Assembly (NCBI GenBank): GCA_041178425.1
Contig: JBEGVH010000006.1
Coordinates: 32,001 to 96,000, forward strand
DNA: 64,000 nt
Direction: 5' to 3'
Origin: Pseudomonadota bacterium
GTDB lineage: Bacteria > Bdellovibrionota > Bdellovibrionia > Bdellovibrionales > Bdellovibrionaceae
Every line of letters starts with the position of its first letter. Position 1 is the stretch's first letter. The position numbers and the translations under genes were made by a program. The notes below the pieces were generated by a model. That model was not told the DNA's origin and did not search any database. It saw only the letters and a program-made list of their open reading frames with translations. Shown one piece after another: positions 20,289 through 30,015 of this stretch.

Positions 20289-21598
20289 TTTTGAATCTCC
20301 TTAAAGGTTGAACGAGTCGCCTCGCACCGACTTAAAAATTCTTGGCGAATGCGAAGTCTCAAGTCTTTGCTCTCTTCCTCTGGTAAACTCCAGTACTTTG
20401 TGAAATTTTGAGCCAAAGATTCACTTTCATTCACGGAAATAAGAAAATATTGGTCACCGTGCCGAAGTTTGGCAAATGCCAGCGCCTCTCGATTGTTTTT
20501 GTAATTGGGGCCAACCAAAACGGGGAGCCCACAGCCCAAGGCTTCCATAACACTATGAACCTGTTTTTTAAAACTTCCACCGATAAAGGCTAAGCGGCCT
20601 AATTGATAAAGCTCTGCGAGCCAACCCTTTTCATCAAAAATAAGGATCTCACTATTAATAAGGGAGGATTGGTTTTTGGCTTGGCTCCAAAGACAGTAAT
20701 CAATGTTATCGCTCTCGCACAGCTTAATCAAATCGGAGAGGTGCGAGAAATGAGTTTCGTGTGGAACAATTAAAAGGCGAGGTAATTCACTTTCTGAGCA
20801 TAAAGAACGAAATTTTTTCCATGCTGGAAGAAGTACCTGTTCATCTTCTGTCCATGTCGATCCGGCCACGAGAACCGATTTGTTTTGGCTCCAAACAGTG
20901 AGAGGGGAGGGGAGGGCTCTTTTTTGTTGAAGGCGAAACTCCACTTGGTCGAATCGAGGATCTCCTGTGACCGCGACGGAGGTGTGGGGCCTAAAACGGT
21001 GTATCCATTCGGCATCATCTTCCGAAACCACTCCAACTTTGTTGATGTATTCAAGACACCAACGGGTCATCCAGCGACCCAATCCTTGCGTTTTTTTACT
21101 TCCTTCGGCCCAGGTTGAGGCCACTAAAATTTTTGGAGCGTTCATCTTATTGAGAATTGTGGGCCAAAGATCAGTGCGAGAAATCACGAGAATGCTGGGT
21201 TGTAGGCAATCAAGAAAACGTTGGCAGGGATCGGGAAGATCATACGGGAGGGGAGCCCAACCATCGACTTCCGCCAATGCCTGCAGCATTGGTCTTGCCG
21301 ACGTTGAAAAATAAGTCACAAAAAGTAGATCATCTGGATGTTCTTGTTTCCAGAGTCGAAGAAGGGGTTTGATGTATTCAATTTCGCCCGAAGCGGCATG
21401 AAACCAAATGCGACGTTGCTGAGGAAGTGGGGATTGTCGCCAAACGATTTGCTCAACTTCACGCTCCTCTAGATAGGATCTAACCTTTGGTGGCAACAAC
21501 GCCTTCTGGGGCTTCAAGCAAAAGAGGAGGAGTTTCCAAAGGCAATGGTAAAAGAGAAAACGCAAAGAATGAGGCGAGAATTTTGTGTTATTTAACAT
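20276..21598 (-). CDS. waaA: 3-deoxy-D-manno-octulosonic acid (Kdo) transferase
   Basis: IWFHAASGE, LPYD, GDPRFD, AGSTW..DE, AFIGGSF. Confidence 0.9.
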   Translation of the reverse strand: MLNNTKFSPHSLRFLFYHCLWKLLLFCLKPQKALLPPKVRSYLEEREVEQIVWRQSPLPQQRRIWFHAASGEIEYIKPLLRLWKQEHPDDLLFVTYFSTSARPMLQALAEVDGWAPLPYDLPDPCQRFLDCLQPSILVISRTDLWPTILNKMNAPKILVASTWAEGSKKTQGLGRWMTRWCLEYINKVGVVSEDDAEWIHRFRPHTSVAVTGDPRFDQVEFRLQQKRALPSPLTVWSQNKSVLVAGSTWTEDEQVLLPAWKKFRSLCSESELPRLLIVPHETHFSHLSDLIKLCESDNIDYCLWSQAKNQSSLINSEILIFDEKGWLAELYQLGRLAFIGGSFKKQVHSVMEALGCGLPVLVGPNYKNNREALAFAKLRHGDQYFLISVNESESLAQNFTKYWSLPEEESKDLRLRIRQEFLSRCEATRSTFKEIQKCLS

Positions 21599-22659
21599 GA
21601 GCCTGTCACTTCGCTCGAGGTGATTTTTTGTAGAGCCTCTTTTAGAACTCTGTCAGGAGTTATTCCGACCAGGCACCATTGATAGTTGGTATTTATGCAA
21701 GGGCCTTGACCGTGTTTGCTGCAGGGTCGACATGGTAGATCGAGTTCTAAAATTTGAGTGCTATCGAGTCGACATGGGAATCCAAAAGGAGCTGGTCCCA
21801 TGAGCGCAATTGTGGGATGTCCTAATTGTTCACCCACATGGAGGAGTCCCGTGTCGTTGGCTATCAAGAGTTGGGAGTTTTTGACAACGGCAGCACTTTC
21901 CTCGAGAGATAACTTTCCAGCTAAGTTAAAAATTCGTTCCGGGGCAATAAAAACTAACTCCTGAAGGAACTGATCTTCGGGACCCCCTAGGAGCACAAAC
22001 TTTGTGGTTGATGATGTCGTCGTCCAGCGTTGCAAAAGTGTTTTCCAGTGATCGAGAGGCCAACGCTTGAGGGCGTAGGCAGCGGAGGGTGCAAGAGCTA
22101 CGTAGGCTCCTAGAGATAAAGTGACATCGTGAGCTTTGGTTGTGGCTTGCGGGCTTAAAAAAAGCTGGGGTGGGAGAGGTGGATTTCTTGAAATTCCCCA
22201 TTTTTCGAGAGGTTCAAGCAGATCTCGTTGGCCTGAAAAAGGTCTTTCAAATTGATCAATTCGCCAGTGAAAGAGCAGATAGCGCTTCCATCGACGGATC
22301 GAGCGCCTTAAAAGGGTCGGCGTCTTTTCGAATGCTAATAGGTGGTTAATAAAGAGATAGCAACCGATAAACCAAGATCTCAAATTGTTATGGGCGTCGT
22401 ATATTTGATTGAATTTCTCGGCTTTAAGTTGCTTGCAAAGACCAAAAAGAAATCCAAGGCCTCCACTTTTTTGGAGGCTCCAAACCTGATGCACAGCGGG
22501 GTGTTCTTTAATTAGAGGTAAGAATTCGGAGCGTGTAACCCAGTGAATTTCAGCGTCAGGCCAACGATTTTTTAATGCCGATGCAACACTCAATGTTTGA
22601 ATAACATCACCAAAGCTAGAAAATCGAATGATGAGTATTTTTTTTGGCTGTTCTTGCAT
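21592..22659 (-). CDS. GT9 family LPS heptosyltransferase-like glycosyltransferase
   Basis: ILIIRFSSFGDVI, KRWP, NLAGKLSL, NDTGLLH, C-terminal CRPCSKHG. Confidence 0.88.
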   Translation of the reverse strand: MQEQPKKILIIRFSSFGDVIQTLSVASALKNRWPDAEIHWVTRSEFLPLIKEHPAVHQVWSLQKSGGLGFLFGLCKQLKAEKFNQIYDAHNNLRSWFIGCYLFINHLLAFEKTPTLLRRSIRRWKRYLLFHWRIDQFERPFSGQRDLLEPLEKWGISRNPPLPPQLFLSPQATTKAHDVTLSLGAYVALAPSAAYALKRWPLDHWKTLLQRWTTTSSTTKFVLLGGPEDQFLQELVFIAPERIFNLAGKLSLEESAAVVKNSQLLIANDTGLLHVGEQLGHPTIALMGPAPFGFPCRLDSTQILELDLPCRPCSKHGQGPCINTNYQWCLVGITPDRVLKEALQKITSSEVTGSC

Positions 22660-22925
22660 AAACAATCCCTATCATAAAACTCTAATAAGATTGAATTTTT
22701 TTGAGCTTTCAGGGCGATGCGTGATGGCGCCGCGAGGAGAACAGACAAGTTCCGGGCGCAACCCTGGAAAATTTAGTCATTTTTGAGGTCTTTCGAGGGT
22801 AAGAAAGTCTTTCGAAGGGGCTTTTTGTTGGGTTTTTAGGGGGAGTGAGGTAGTCTCCTTCAGCTTTATGTGTGTCCTTTTTTGCACAGGCGGTCGGTAT
22901 TGACCTTATCGAGACCTTCCACTAA

Positions 22926-24431
22926 ATGGGACGACCTTACGGAGAAGTGAAAGTAATGATCAAAGAGCCACAGCCTAAAAACTCAAGAGGAAACTTCAGG
23001 TTCCCTCGTGGACACCGCTTTCCGAACTTGCAAGGGCGTTGTGTGTTTATTCTTGTTTCTTGGTTGGTATTACTTTTTGTTTCTGCTGGTTGGTCCGCCA
23101 CTTTTTCAAATAGCTACGATCCGTTTCATGATCGTTTGGGGCATGATAAATTAGGACAAGTCGGTAGTAAGTCTATTTTCTATTTAAACGATCAATATCA
23201 GAACCCAGATGTTCGCTCTGTTCAATTGTTCGAAGGGCGAATCACTCGTGAAGCGGATGAGAGTGATTTTAGTTTGGGTATCGATCTTGAAGGTCAGTTC
23301 TCTCACGCCCAACAAGGCTTCAATAGTTTTACGGCTAATGAGTTTTATTTTAGAATGGATCCTCTCTGGAGTGGGACCACCCTCTTTCTTGGACGAAAGC
23401 GGTCTCATTGGAGCTCTCTCGATGATCGATGGAAGCTCGGTCTCTGGCAACCAAACTATCGCATCGATGCATTAAATCCTCATAGCCAGGGACTCACTGG
23501 TTTGTTTGTTGATTTTAAAAAAGACAACTGGACACTGGAATTTTTTGGAACGCCTTTCTTTTTGCCCGATCACGGTCCACAAATGGAAACTCGAAATGGA
23601 ATGTTTATTAAAGGCCATCCATGGGTTCAGTATCCACCGTCTGAAGTCGTTATCAAGGGCATCGCAACACCGGCCTATTACCGGGTCGACAAACCATCTA
23701 TTCCAGATGTGATCGTTAATACGGGCTATGGATTTAACTTTCAGGTGGGTGATCCCGAAAGTGAAGGATGGATGGGGAGAGCCTCATGGGGCTATAAGCC
23801 CATGAACCAACTTTTGCTTGGCTTTGACGGCAATCTAAATCTTGGTTCTTTAGAGGGCCTCGATGTTACGATTCATCCCGAAGTTGGTTTCCATAAGGTT
23901 GCTTCGCTCGATGGGGTCTATCGCTCCGAAAAATGGGCCATGTACTTTGGAATTCTAGAGGAGACTCCTGATCGTACAGAATTCGATCTTCCTTGGACTT
24001 TTCAAAATTTTGATCCAGCCCATTTCGCCGGCGGAGGCATAGAGTTCTTTACCGGTGCCTTTCGGATCGGTCTAGGAGCGGTCCATCGTGAAGGAGGGCG
24101 AGGCATCGTGTCGGGTCCTCGTTCGGAGGCGGCGGGGACTGTGCTTCCCGAAAGATTCCAATTTCGCGATTTAGTTAAAACAGAAATTAGTTATGGCAAA
24201 AACCTTGGTTCACGCTGGTCTTATGAAATTTCGGGTGAGTGGAAGCAAGAACTTGGCGAGGGAAGCGAAATAATTTCGGGTCAGGGAGCTCTTTGGATGG
24301 GGCCGTTTTGGAAGGCTTACTTGGGAATGGACATGCTCAGAACTGACAATAAAATCGTAAGTACCATGGATTTTATAGAAATGTACCAAGCGAACGATCG
24401 AGTCTATGGAGGGCTACAGTATGTTTTCTAG
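22926..24431 (+). CDS. Putative outer-membrane beta-barrel protein (start uncertain, probably later)
   Basis: Hydrophobic signal segment, aromatic/Gly-rich alternating strands, C-terminal GGLQYVF beta-signal. Confidence 0.65.
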   Translation: MGRPYGEVKVMIKEPQPKNSRGNFRFPRGHRFPNLQGRCVFILVSWLVLLFVSAGWSATFSNSYDPFHDRLGHDKLGQVGSKSIFYLNDQYQNPDVRSVQLFEGRITREADESDFSLGIDLEGQFSHAQQGFNSFTANEFYFRMDPLWSGTTLFLGRKRSHWSSLDDRWKLGLWQPNYRIDALNPHSQGLTGLFVDFKKDNWTLEFFGTPFFLPDHGPQMETRNGMFIKGHPWVQYPPSEVVIKGIATPAYYRVDKPSIPDVIVNTGYGFNFQVGDPESEGWMGRASWGYKPMNQLLLGFDGNLNLGSLEGLDVTIHPEVGFHKVASLDGVYRSEKWAMYFGILEETPDRTEFDLPWTFQNFDPAHFAGGGIEFFTGAFRIGLGAVHREGGRGIVSGPRSEAAGTVLPERFQFRDLVKTEISYGKNLGSRWSYEISGEWKQELGEGSEIISGQGALWMGPFWKAYLGMDMLRTDNKIVSTMDFIEMYQANDRVYGGLQYVF

Positions 24432-26784
24432 GCGCCCGCGGTCTCTCCTTATGATGGTGATGATCTTCGCTCTTGCGAATCTTGGATGTGAGAGATTCTT
24501 AAAAGACTCTGTTCATAGCAAGAAAACCTTCGAACTCGATCTTCAGGGCGTCAAGTGCCTGAGTGGCGTGCCAGATGTTCTCACTAACTACTTTCAGCAA
24601 AAACTTCTTCCTCACCAGCTCCATGATTCCACTCTTTGTGTTGATAAAGCATTGGGTGAATTTTTGAATTCGACTCGTGGATCAGAGGCGGCGTCGTATA
24701 AAACGGATGAAGTAAAAAAGTTCTTTCAAAAATATATTTTTAAACGAGAGATCTCGCCGGAGCTAGCCCGCGAAATTATGAAGCTTAAAGCGGCAATGAT
24801 CGGCGGCACTGAGGATGTCATCACCCGGTCTGAATTTGAAAAATTAAGAGGGTTGCTGTTTGTTTTAGAGAAAGAGCTACTGCGACTTTATCCGCATCTT
24901 AATATTTATTTACTTCGTGAAACGCTGAATATCTCGCATTCGGACCAAAAGGCGAAGTTAAATCAAGCCATCGTTGATTTAAAATTAGCTGTTCAAAATC
25001 TTCTTTCGGGGCTTCATCTTGCCGATGCGGAATACTCACTGCCAGAGGTTGAGCTGCTGCTGGCGGAGATTGCTCGGTTCGCTGGAATTGACGACCATCA
25101 GCACCCCTTTTCTCAGTGGCGTGCTCACTTGCCAACTCTTGAAAAATTAAAGACCCTATTAGTGGGTGAGGTTGTTGAAGTTCGCGGTCAAAAAGAAATC
25201 AATGAAATCTGGGACATTTTAATCGAAGTCTATCGATTGGGGTTACAGTATTATGGCGGCCTCAAACAAATGGATTGGATAACTCCTCAAAATTATCCGG
25301 AGTTTGATCTTTGGGTGGAAGATCTTTTTTCGATTCTCAATCGTGGCTTTGCCCTGAGAAACGAAGGTCAGATACCTTTTGCTCGTATCGATGATATCAT
25401 CGAGGAATTTTATGGTCGTGGTTTGTGGATTAAACCATTAACGCCGGAAACTGTTAAAATTAGTTATCGGCGTTTTATCACCCGTTTTTTAGATACTCCA
25501 TCCGCTGATTTGGTGGCTGTAGATGCAAGGCATTTAGTAAAACTTCACCGAGAGTACAAAGCTTTTAAATTAATTCAAATCGCTTTAGATCGTCTTTTTG
25601 CTGAAAAGGTGAGGCTCACCACATCCGAGGTCATTTCTTTTCTGGAGCAATATAAAGTTCAAACAGAGATCAAAAAGCTTTCGCCTTTATCGATTCGCGA
25701 CCAGGAGTACTTTTCAAGTGCATGGAAAGAGTTTCTCACTTTGGTGAAAGACGCGCAGGTTCGGCATTGGGATGAAAGAGGCCGAGTCTCTGTTGGAACC
25801 TCAAAGCAGGAGTCATGGATTTATCAAGATCTGGCGAGAATGAACCTTTTACGAGTGCCGACATCCATGTTTTTGAAGGCTTATGGAACCTCTGGAAAAA
25901 ACACTACAGAAATTTCTCTCGCCGTTGGTCAAATTCAGCCTGTGTTTTTTGAGTTTCAAGAGTTTGGCGACGAAATGGGGCTCTTTGATTTGCGAAACAC
26001 GAATAGTGCCAGTCGAAGTGCTCGTGAGGCCGACATGTTCACTCCCTCTGCGAATGGAGACGGGGCTGTGCAGTTTACGGAGATGTTTGATTTGTTCTCG
26101 GTGATGCTGAGCGGTGGTCTTGTTGGTGTTTCGGACTTTAAGCGTGTCGCCGAGTTGGAAGGATGTCTCCTGCCTGAGTTGGACTATTTTCATTTCCCTT
26201 ATTTTGAAATGGCCTGTGCCTCACGGACCTTTAAAAAATACTTCGGTCAGATATTTTCTCAATTGTCTCAGTTTAACACTTTTGTGGCACGCATGGACGG
26301 AGATCGTTGGGCCTCATTTTATAAAGATTTATTGCTTGTGGGCCAAGTTTGTCCGAGCAATCCGATTGGTTTGGAAACGGGAGATCAGAGAACGATCCTT
26401 GGTGTTCTCCATTATATCGAGAATTTGTTTTCGGTTTATGACAGAGATCAGGATGGAAGATTCAGTGATAAAGAAGTCGATCTTGCCTTTCCTCGCTTTC
26501 GCCGATTTATGATTGATGTAACGAAAAAGAGAGTCAAAGCTTCAAGTCCAGTATTGTACGATATGGCAGAAAATCTCGATTGGTCTGTCATGGCTAAGAA
26601 TGTTTTTAAGTTTTTAGTTTTCAATGGAAGAGCTCCGTCCAGTGACGAACTGGGAGTGATTGATTTCTTTTCGGTTCGAAGGTTCAACACCACAGCTGAT
26701 CGCCAAAATATCGTAAGGGTTTTTGCGGCCCTTAAATCAGAGATTGCGACCGCCTCTGCGGAGGCCTGTAATGCCACTCGGTAA
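24421..26784 (+). CDS. Large alpha-helical lipoprotein with EF-hand-like loops
   Basis: Lipobox-like NLGC; DRDQDGRFSDKE EF-hand and NGDGAVQFTE partial loop. Confidence 0.65.
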   Translation: MFSRRPRSLLMMVMIFALANLGCERFLKDSVHSKKTFELDLQGVKCLSGVPDVLTNYFQQKLLPHQLHDSTLCVDKALGEFLNSTRGSEAASYKTDEVKKFFQKYIFKREISPELAREIMKLKAAMIGGTEDVITRSEFEKLRGLLFVLEKELLRLYPHLNIYLLRETLNISHSDQKAKLNQAIVDLKLAVQNLLSGLHLADAEYSLPEVELLLAEIARFAGIDDHQHPFSQWRAHLPTLEKLKTLLVGEVVEVRGQKEINEIWDILIEVYRLGLQYYGGLKQMDWITPQNYPEFDLWVEDLFSILNRGFALRNEGQIPFARIDDIIEEFYGRGLWIKPLTPETVKISYRRFITRFLDTPSADLVAVDARHLVKLHREYKAFKLIQIALDRLFAEKVRLTTSEVISFLEQYKVQTEIKKLSPLSIRDQEYFSSAWKEFLTLVKDAQVRHWDERGRVSVGTSKQESWIYQDLARMNLLRVPTSMFLKAYGTSGKNTTEISLAVGQIQPVFFEFQEFGDEMGLFDLRNTNSASRSAREADMFTPSANGDGAVQFTEMFDLFSVMLSGGLVGVSDFKRVAELEGCLLPELDYFHFPYFEMACASRTFKKYFGQIFSQLSQFNTFVARMDGDRWASFYKDLLLVGQVCPSNPIGLETGDQRTILGVLHYIENLFSVYDRDQDGRFSDKEVDLAFPRFRRFMIDVTKKRVKASSPVLYDMAENLDWSVMAKNVFKFLVFNGRAPSSDELGVIDFFSVRRFNTTADRQNIVRVFAALKSEIATASAEACNATR

Positions 26785-27958
26785 GGTTCAAAAACAAGGG
26801 TTGGGTTCGTTTTTTTTGATTGCTCCCATTGGATTGGAAGAAGCTGCGGCTAAAGAACTACAGCAGTGGTGTTCTGTCTTGGCTTTAGAGTTTGGCGATA
26901 AAGCCCTTCTTCGCCGCTGTGACATCGTAAAAGGCGGAGTCGAATTTGAGGTGGGCGAAAGCGTTGGTTTGCTTCTAAATCGATGCCTCAAAATAGGCTC
27001 ACGGATTCTTCAAAGAGTTCACAGCTTTCAAACTCGCGACTGGGGAGTGGTTGAAAAAGAATTCCGAACTATTGCGTGGAAGCATTATTTTCCGAAGGGT
27101 CTCCGAGAGTGGGAGATCGCGGCCAGTGATTCGCGTATGAACAACGAGAAGCACCTGCAAAAATTTATTGATGAAAAATTCAAAGGAAAGTTTTTTGAGG
27201 TGGGTGGAGCGGACGCCCCGGTGGCTTACCTCCGAGTGCACGATAATATTTTTACCGTCAGTCGAGATACCAGTGGCGAACACCTTCATTTTCGAGGATA
27301 TCGTCAACAACAAGGGGAAGCGCCTTTACGCGAAAACCTTGCGGCCTTTCTTTGGGCCTTTTTGCTCGAACATCGAAGCCGCCTTGTTTTAGAACAATCT
27401 CAGATTGTTGATCCTTTTTGTGGATCAGGAACACTGCTGTTTGAAGCCGCCTTGTGGAACGCGATCGTTGCGAGCAGACATTTCATCTCAGATCCTTGGG
27501 TTGAGGCCGAGAGCCAGCGTTTATTTGCTAATGTAGGAAAGCGTCTGAAGCCTTGGAGCCTTCAACTGGTAGGTATCGATAGTGAAAGTGAAGTGTTAGC
27601 GAAGGCTAAGAGTAATGCAGAACGCCTGCGATTCACTTCGACATTGAGATTTTTGTGTGAGGATTCGACCAGTGGAAGCTTTCCCGCGTGGCTTGATCAA
27701 AACAAGCCAGTGATTCTTATCAGCAATCCTCCTTACGGCGGTAAAGGGCGACTTCAAAGTAAAGACTCCTGGCGGCAACTGTGGGGTAAGGCCCTCGATC
27801 ACTATCAGCCAGAGTTAGCCATTGGTTTGGGTCCAGAACGAGAGGCTAAAAAAGGCGATCGGCTCGGGGATTGGCAATGCCTTGAGGTGAAAAAGTTTCT
27901 CAATGGTGGAATAAGAGTCGCTGCTTCTCTGTGGATGAAAAACAAGCCTAAAGGATGA
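26771..27958 (+). CDS. THUMP-domain RNA methyltransferase (RlmL-like)
   Basis: GLEE..AKEL, DTSGEHLHFRGYR, APLRENLAA, DPFCGSGT, SNPPYG. Confidence 0.85.
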   Translation: MPLGKVQKQGLGSFFLIAPIGLEEAAAKELQQWCSVLALEFGDKALLRRCDIVKGGVEFEVGESVGLLLNRCLKIGSRILQRVHSFQTRDWGVVEKEFRTIAWKHYFPKGLREWEIAASDSRMNNEKHLQKFIDEKFKGKFFEVGGADAPVAYLRVHDNIFTVSRDTSGEHLHFRGYRQQQGEAPLRENLAAFLWAFLLEHRSRLVLEQSQIVDPFCGSGTLLFEAALWNAIVASRHFISDPWVEAESQRLFANVGKRLKPWSLQLVGIDSESEVLAKAKSNAERLRFTSTLRFLCEDSTSGSFPAWLDQNKPVILISNPPYGGKGRLQSKDSWRQLWGKALDHYQPELAIGLGPEREAKKGDRLGDWQCLEVKKFLNGGIRVAASLWMKNKPKG

Positions 27959-28084
27959 GAGCCGAACCTCTGTGTCGAGCTCTGTTTCGCTGACCATTCG
28001 TTTTAAAAAAAACACTCGAAGGAAGAACTCAAAAAGGGTAAGCTCTACTTATTCTCATTTGCGATTGCTACGGAGGTCCTAGTT

Positions 28085-28852
28085 ATGTTCCAGAGAGTTC
28101 ATAAATTTTGTGTAGTTATTCTTACTGCGATTTTTGTTCTTGGTGGTTGTAGCTCATGGATGACGCGGCAAAGCTGTGCCGATATTGATTGGTTTCACTA
28201 CGGTGAATCGGTCGCGTTGCAAGGCAAGCGACTCACAGGGGATGAACAGGTGAAACGTTGCAAAGAGGCAGATTTTGCCGTCCCTTATAGCCAGCTCGAT
28301 GCGGGATTTAAAACAGGAATGAACAAGTATTGTTTGCCCAAAACGGTTTTTGCAACAGGCAAGGCTGGTGATTTGTTTAATCCGGAAATGTGTGATCCTG
28401 GTCAAGCGAGAAGTCTTCAACAGGAATATTTGCGCGGCATCGAAGGTTACTGTTCGGTGGAAAATGGTTATACAGCTGGGTCCAGTGGCAAAAAATATCA
28501 CAATGTTTGTCCGCAGAAAACGGAAGCCGCTTTTTTAAAGGAATACCGTCGTGGTCGGAAGGCCTTCTTGACTGGAAAAATTAACGAGGCCGATCTTAAT
28601 ATGATCGGCGTCGAACGGCAAACTCTCGAATTGGAGCGTCAGCGAAACAATGTGAGTTGGCGTTTATCAGCGATACCGGCTCCTTATAGAAACCAAAAAC
28701 CAGAGGATGATCCTTATCGTAGTGAGAGAGATCGATTGGCAAGTGAGTTAAGAGGGGTTGAAGCACAAATCAACCAAAAACAAAATGAGAAAGACCGCTG
28801 GCTCAAATCAAAAGGTGAATTTCAAGCCGAACTAGCTACTTTAGCTGAGTAA
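28085..28852 (+). CDS. DUF2799-like Cys-repeat lipoprotein with coiled-coil tail
   Basis: LGGC lipobox; C..IDW..YG, repeated G...YC....GY..G..G motifs. Confidence 0.75.
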   Translation: MFQRVHKFCVVILTAIFVLGGCSSWMTRQSCADIDWFHYGESVALQGKRLTGDEQVKRCKEADFAVPYSQLDAGFKTGMNKYCLPKTVFATGKAGDLFNPEMCDPGQARSLQQEYLRGIEGYCSVENGYTAGSSGKKYHNVCPQKTEAAFLKEYRRGRKAFLTGKINEADLNMIGVERQTLELERQRNNVSWRLSAIPAPYRNQKPEDDPYRSERDRLASELRGVEAQINQKQNEKDRWLKSKGEFQAELATLAE

Positions 28853-28866
28853 GCGGTTAAGAGTTT

Positions 28867-29961
28867 ATGACCTTCGTTGAAGAGAAAAGTGAACAGTCAG
28901 GACGACCGAGCACCAAAGGGGTCTTGCTTGTTGATATTGGTACGCCCAGCGAATTAAGCCGAGAGGCTGTTCGAAGTTACCTCGAAGACTTTTTTGGAGA
29001 CCCTTTCGTGGTGAGAGCACCCCGTTGGCTCCGAGAACTTGCTCTTCGTCGCCTCATCATTCCCTTCAGATTAAATAAGTATTTTGATAGATATCAGAGA
29101 GTTTGGAGCGAAGAGGGTGCACCTTTACGAGTAGAAGCTGGTCGCGCGGTGGAAGCTTTGACTCGAGAACTCTTTAGGGTACAGCCGGAGTCTTCTTGGG
29201 TGGTGCGATTTGCATTTCATTTCGGTGGCCCCAGTATTGAGTCACAACTTGAGGATATGAAAGCCTCTGGTGTGACCGAGGTTGTGGTGGTTCCTCTATT
29301 TCCGCAGTGGTCCCTCAGTACGCGAGGAAGTCTCGAGGATCGATTAAAAAAGCTCAAGATTTTCAGCTCGCCAGAAGACAAGGGGTTTGGATTTGATCAT
29401 GTTTCGGTAACACCTGTTTTTTATGATCATGATGGATTCATTGAGGCTCAGAGCCAGTTGTTGGAACAGTTTTTGCCAAAAGACATCACAGATGAAATTG
29501 CTGTTGTGTTTAGTTTTCATGGATTGCCCGAGGGCCATTTAAAAGCGGTCGTGCCAGACTGCAAAAAGTGTCTTAAGAGGGGAAGTGATTGTCGTCCCAA
29601 TGCCCATGTTAAGCCCTTTTGTTATCGCTATCAATGTTTAGAAACGGCGCGAAGAATTGCTATTCGCTCGGGTCTTTTTCATTGGGATGTCGCTTTTCAG
29701 TCGAAAGTGGCTCCCTCTCGCTGGATCGAACCCTCGTTGCAAGAAGTCGTGGATGATCTTCTCGAGCAAGGTGTAAAAACAATGGTGGTTCTGTGTCCGT
29801 CTTTCGTCTTTGATAATGTGGAGTCATTAGATGAAGTTGGGCAGGAAATGAGAGAGTATTTTCTGCGACAGGGTGGGCGCTCCTTTTTTTTGGTGCCGGC
29901 ATTAAATAATACTGAACTATGGATCAAAACATTGTGCTTAATGGTTCTTGAGCAAAATTAA
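28867..29961 (+). CDS. hemH: Ferrochelatase (somewhat divergent)
   Basis: GVLLVDIGTP, PLFPQW, FSFHGLP, Y.YQC.ET, FQS....WIEP, ESLDE, PALN. Confidence 0.85.
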   Translation: MTFVEEKSEQSGRPSTKGVLLVDIGTPSELSREAVRSYLEDFFGDPFVVRAPRWLRELALRRLIIPFRLNKYFDRYQRVWSEEGAPLRVEAGRAVEALTRELFRVQPESSWVVRFAFHFGGPSIESQLEDMKASGVTEVVVVPLFPQWSLSTRGSLEDRLKKLKIFSSPEDKGFGFDHVSVTPVFYDHDGFIEAQSQLLEQFLPKDITDEIAVVFSFHGLPEGHLKAVVPDCKKCLKRGSDCRPNAHVKPFCYRYQCLETARRIAIRSGLFHWDVAFQSKVAPSRWIEPSLQEVVDDLLEQGVKTMVVLCPSFVFDNVESLDEVGQEMREYFLRQGGRSFFLVPALNNTELWIKTLCLMVLEQN

Positions 29962-29991
29962 AAAAAAAGGGAGAGCTTTTCAGCTCTCCCT
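29960..29991 (-). terminator. Intrinsic terminator of the trypsin-like gene (between convergent genes)
   Basis: AGGGAGAGCT-TTTC-AGCTCTCCCT preceded by an A run. Confidence 0.85.
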
Positions 29992-30015
29992 GCATTCCCC
30001 CCGGAAGCGTTCCCC

